Below the pieces are notes generated by a model that saw only the letters and a list, made by a program, of their open reading frames with translations, was not told the origin of the DNA and made no database searches. From the NCBI RefSeq assembly GCF_006345805.1, contig NW_021824173.1:1-19735 (forward strand): a stretch of 19,735 nt of DNA, read 5' to 3'. A program made the position numbers and the translations under genes. This DNA comes from Octopus sinensis. Lineage: Eukaryota. This document shows positions 18,631-19,735 of the stretch, one piece after another. Position 1 is the stretch's first letter. Each line of letters starts with the position of its first letter.

Positions 18631-18853
18631 CTATGATGCTCCCCACTACTTCTGCTCGTGATCAGAGATGCACATATATCAGCCTCCAAGGAACATATTC
18701 GACTGGTTATGGTCCAACAACTGACAAGCAAATCTGTGGTTTTGAGCAGAATATTTGCTGTAGCCTATCACGACAAAACATGTAAATGATAACTCTTCCA
18801 ATCAGTTAAGACCAGCAACCAGGAGAGCCTGTGCCTGGTATTGCATCAGGGCA
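18628..18853 (-). mobile_element. Fragment of another interspersed repeat (probably a retroposon) joined to the SINE head
   Basis: GC-richer block whose minus strand (TGCCCTGATGCAATACCAGGCACAGGCTCTCC...GATCACGAGCAGAAGTAGTGGGGAGCATCATAGCCAT) I recall as an abundant octopus repeat; family not established from the window itself. Confidence 0.5.
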
Positions 18854-18854
18854 T

Positions 18855-19005
18855 ATGTATGTTTGTCATTATTCAGTTTATTTCAAGATTTCTTGCCAAT
18901 AGAGAAGGAACCGGTTTCTCACCTTTATTGGAATTTCAACATCAACAACAGGATATTTTTTGTACGTATGTATTTATGTGCAGATTTTTATCTATGCATG
19001 TATGC
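18855..19005 (-). other. (TATG)n-flanked fragment carrying a hammerhead 3' half-core GAAACCGGT (18918-18910)
   Basis: Minus strand GTTGAAATTCCAATAAAGGTGA-GAA-ACCGGT-TCC; same GAA-ACCGGT signature as 7191-7219, but the 5' core and helix II are disrupted. Confidence 0.3.
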
Positions 19006-19649
19006 ATGTATGTATTTATATATTGCGACCAAAACTTGCTGTTAAAACTTACTGCAACTAAAACTTAAAGTTAAAGGGAACGCAGCAAAATATCTCGGCG
19101 CAGAAAAGTCAGGAATTTACAATATCCTTTACGAATGATAATAATTATTGTTGACTAATCAATTTCCTAATTTTGCTCAGTAAAGGAACAATAAAACAAC
19201 ATCGAAATTTTAACTGATCAAAAAATTAATCAAATATATGAACGTCAGGGCAAGAGTGCCCAATCTTTAGCCGTGGACGACGATCTCGGACATGTTTCTA
19301 CTTCATTAGCCCTCATTAGTGATACTAATTCTAGCTGTTACTCTATATATTGATTCAGTATAGACGTCTATAATATATATGTGAACTCGGAGTGTGGCTA
19401 TTATTACAAATATTTTGATTGGTTAGTATGGTATGTAGATTTGAGGAGTATATGTCTAGGGTTAGTGAGTGTAGAGATAATTTTAAAATAATGATTAGTC
19501 ACAAGGAATTGTATAAATTGATAATCAAATTATATAGAGGGCGCTGATAGATTATTTATGTAATAAAATGTCATGGAGTAAAATTATCGTTCTCATTATT
19601 CGCGATTTCAACACACACCCATTCGCACACTCGAATATTATGTACATCC

Positions 19650-19680
<31 letters not shown>

Positions 19681-19735
19681 TGTGTGTATGTGTGTGAATG
19701 TGTGGTGTGTGTGTGTGAATTCGTGCGTGTGTGCA

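Noticed and set aside
1-19735. CRISPR array, rRNA or bona fide tRNA genes
   Set aside because: No regularly spaced repeat-spacer array and no rRNA-like sequence. tRNA-like A/B boxes occur only as SINE heads without a full cloverleaf.

Overview
AT-rich, microsatellite-saturated eukaryotic non-coding DNA. The SINE families and the (TA)/(CA)/(TCTA)/(ACAT) landscape point to an octopus genome; this is recognition from memory, not a database result. No intact host protein-coding gene is supportable, and nearly all ORFs in the track are translations of simple repeats. The window contains about ten full or partial tRNA-headed SINE copies from two families, two deleted Tc1/mariner DD41D-type transposons (14403-15264 +, 16755-17322 -), two divergently oriented Penelope-like GIY-YIG remnants (about 15600-16745), RTE-like LINE pieces including a 551-bp probable non-autonomous element, and a possible decayed LINE 3' region. 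The most striking signal is a set of four (TA)n-associated fold-back palindromes (7134-7563, 12171-12581, 14005-14144, 15322-15565). Two of them carry a variant minimal hammerhead-ribozyme-like core in each arm (U3-A8 core, ACCGGT-type helix III). A near-canonical type I hammerhead lies at 15704-15755 (-). Ribozyme activity is untested, and several copies carry likely inactivating changes.
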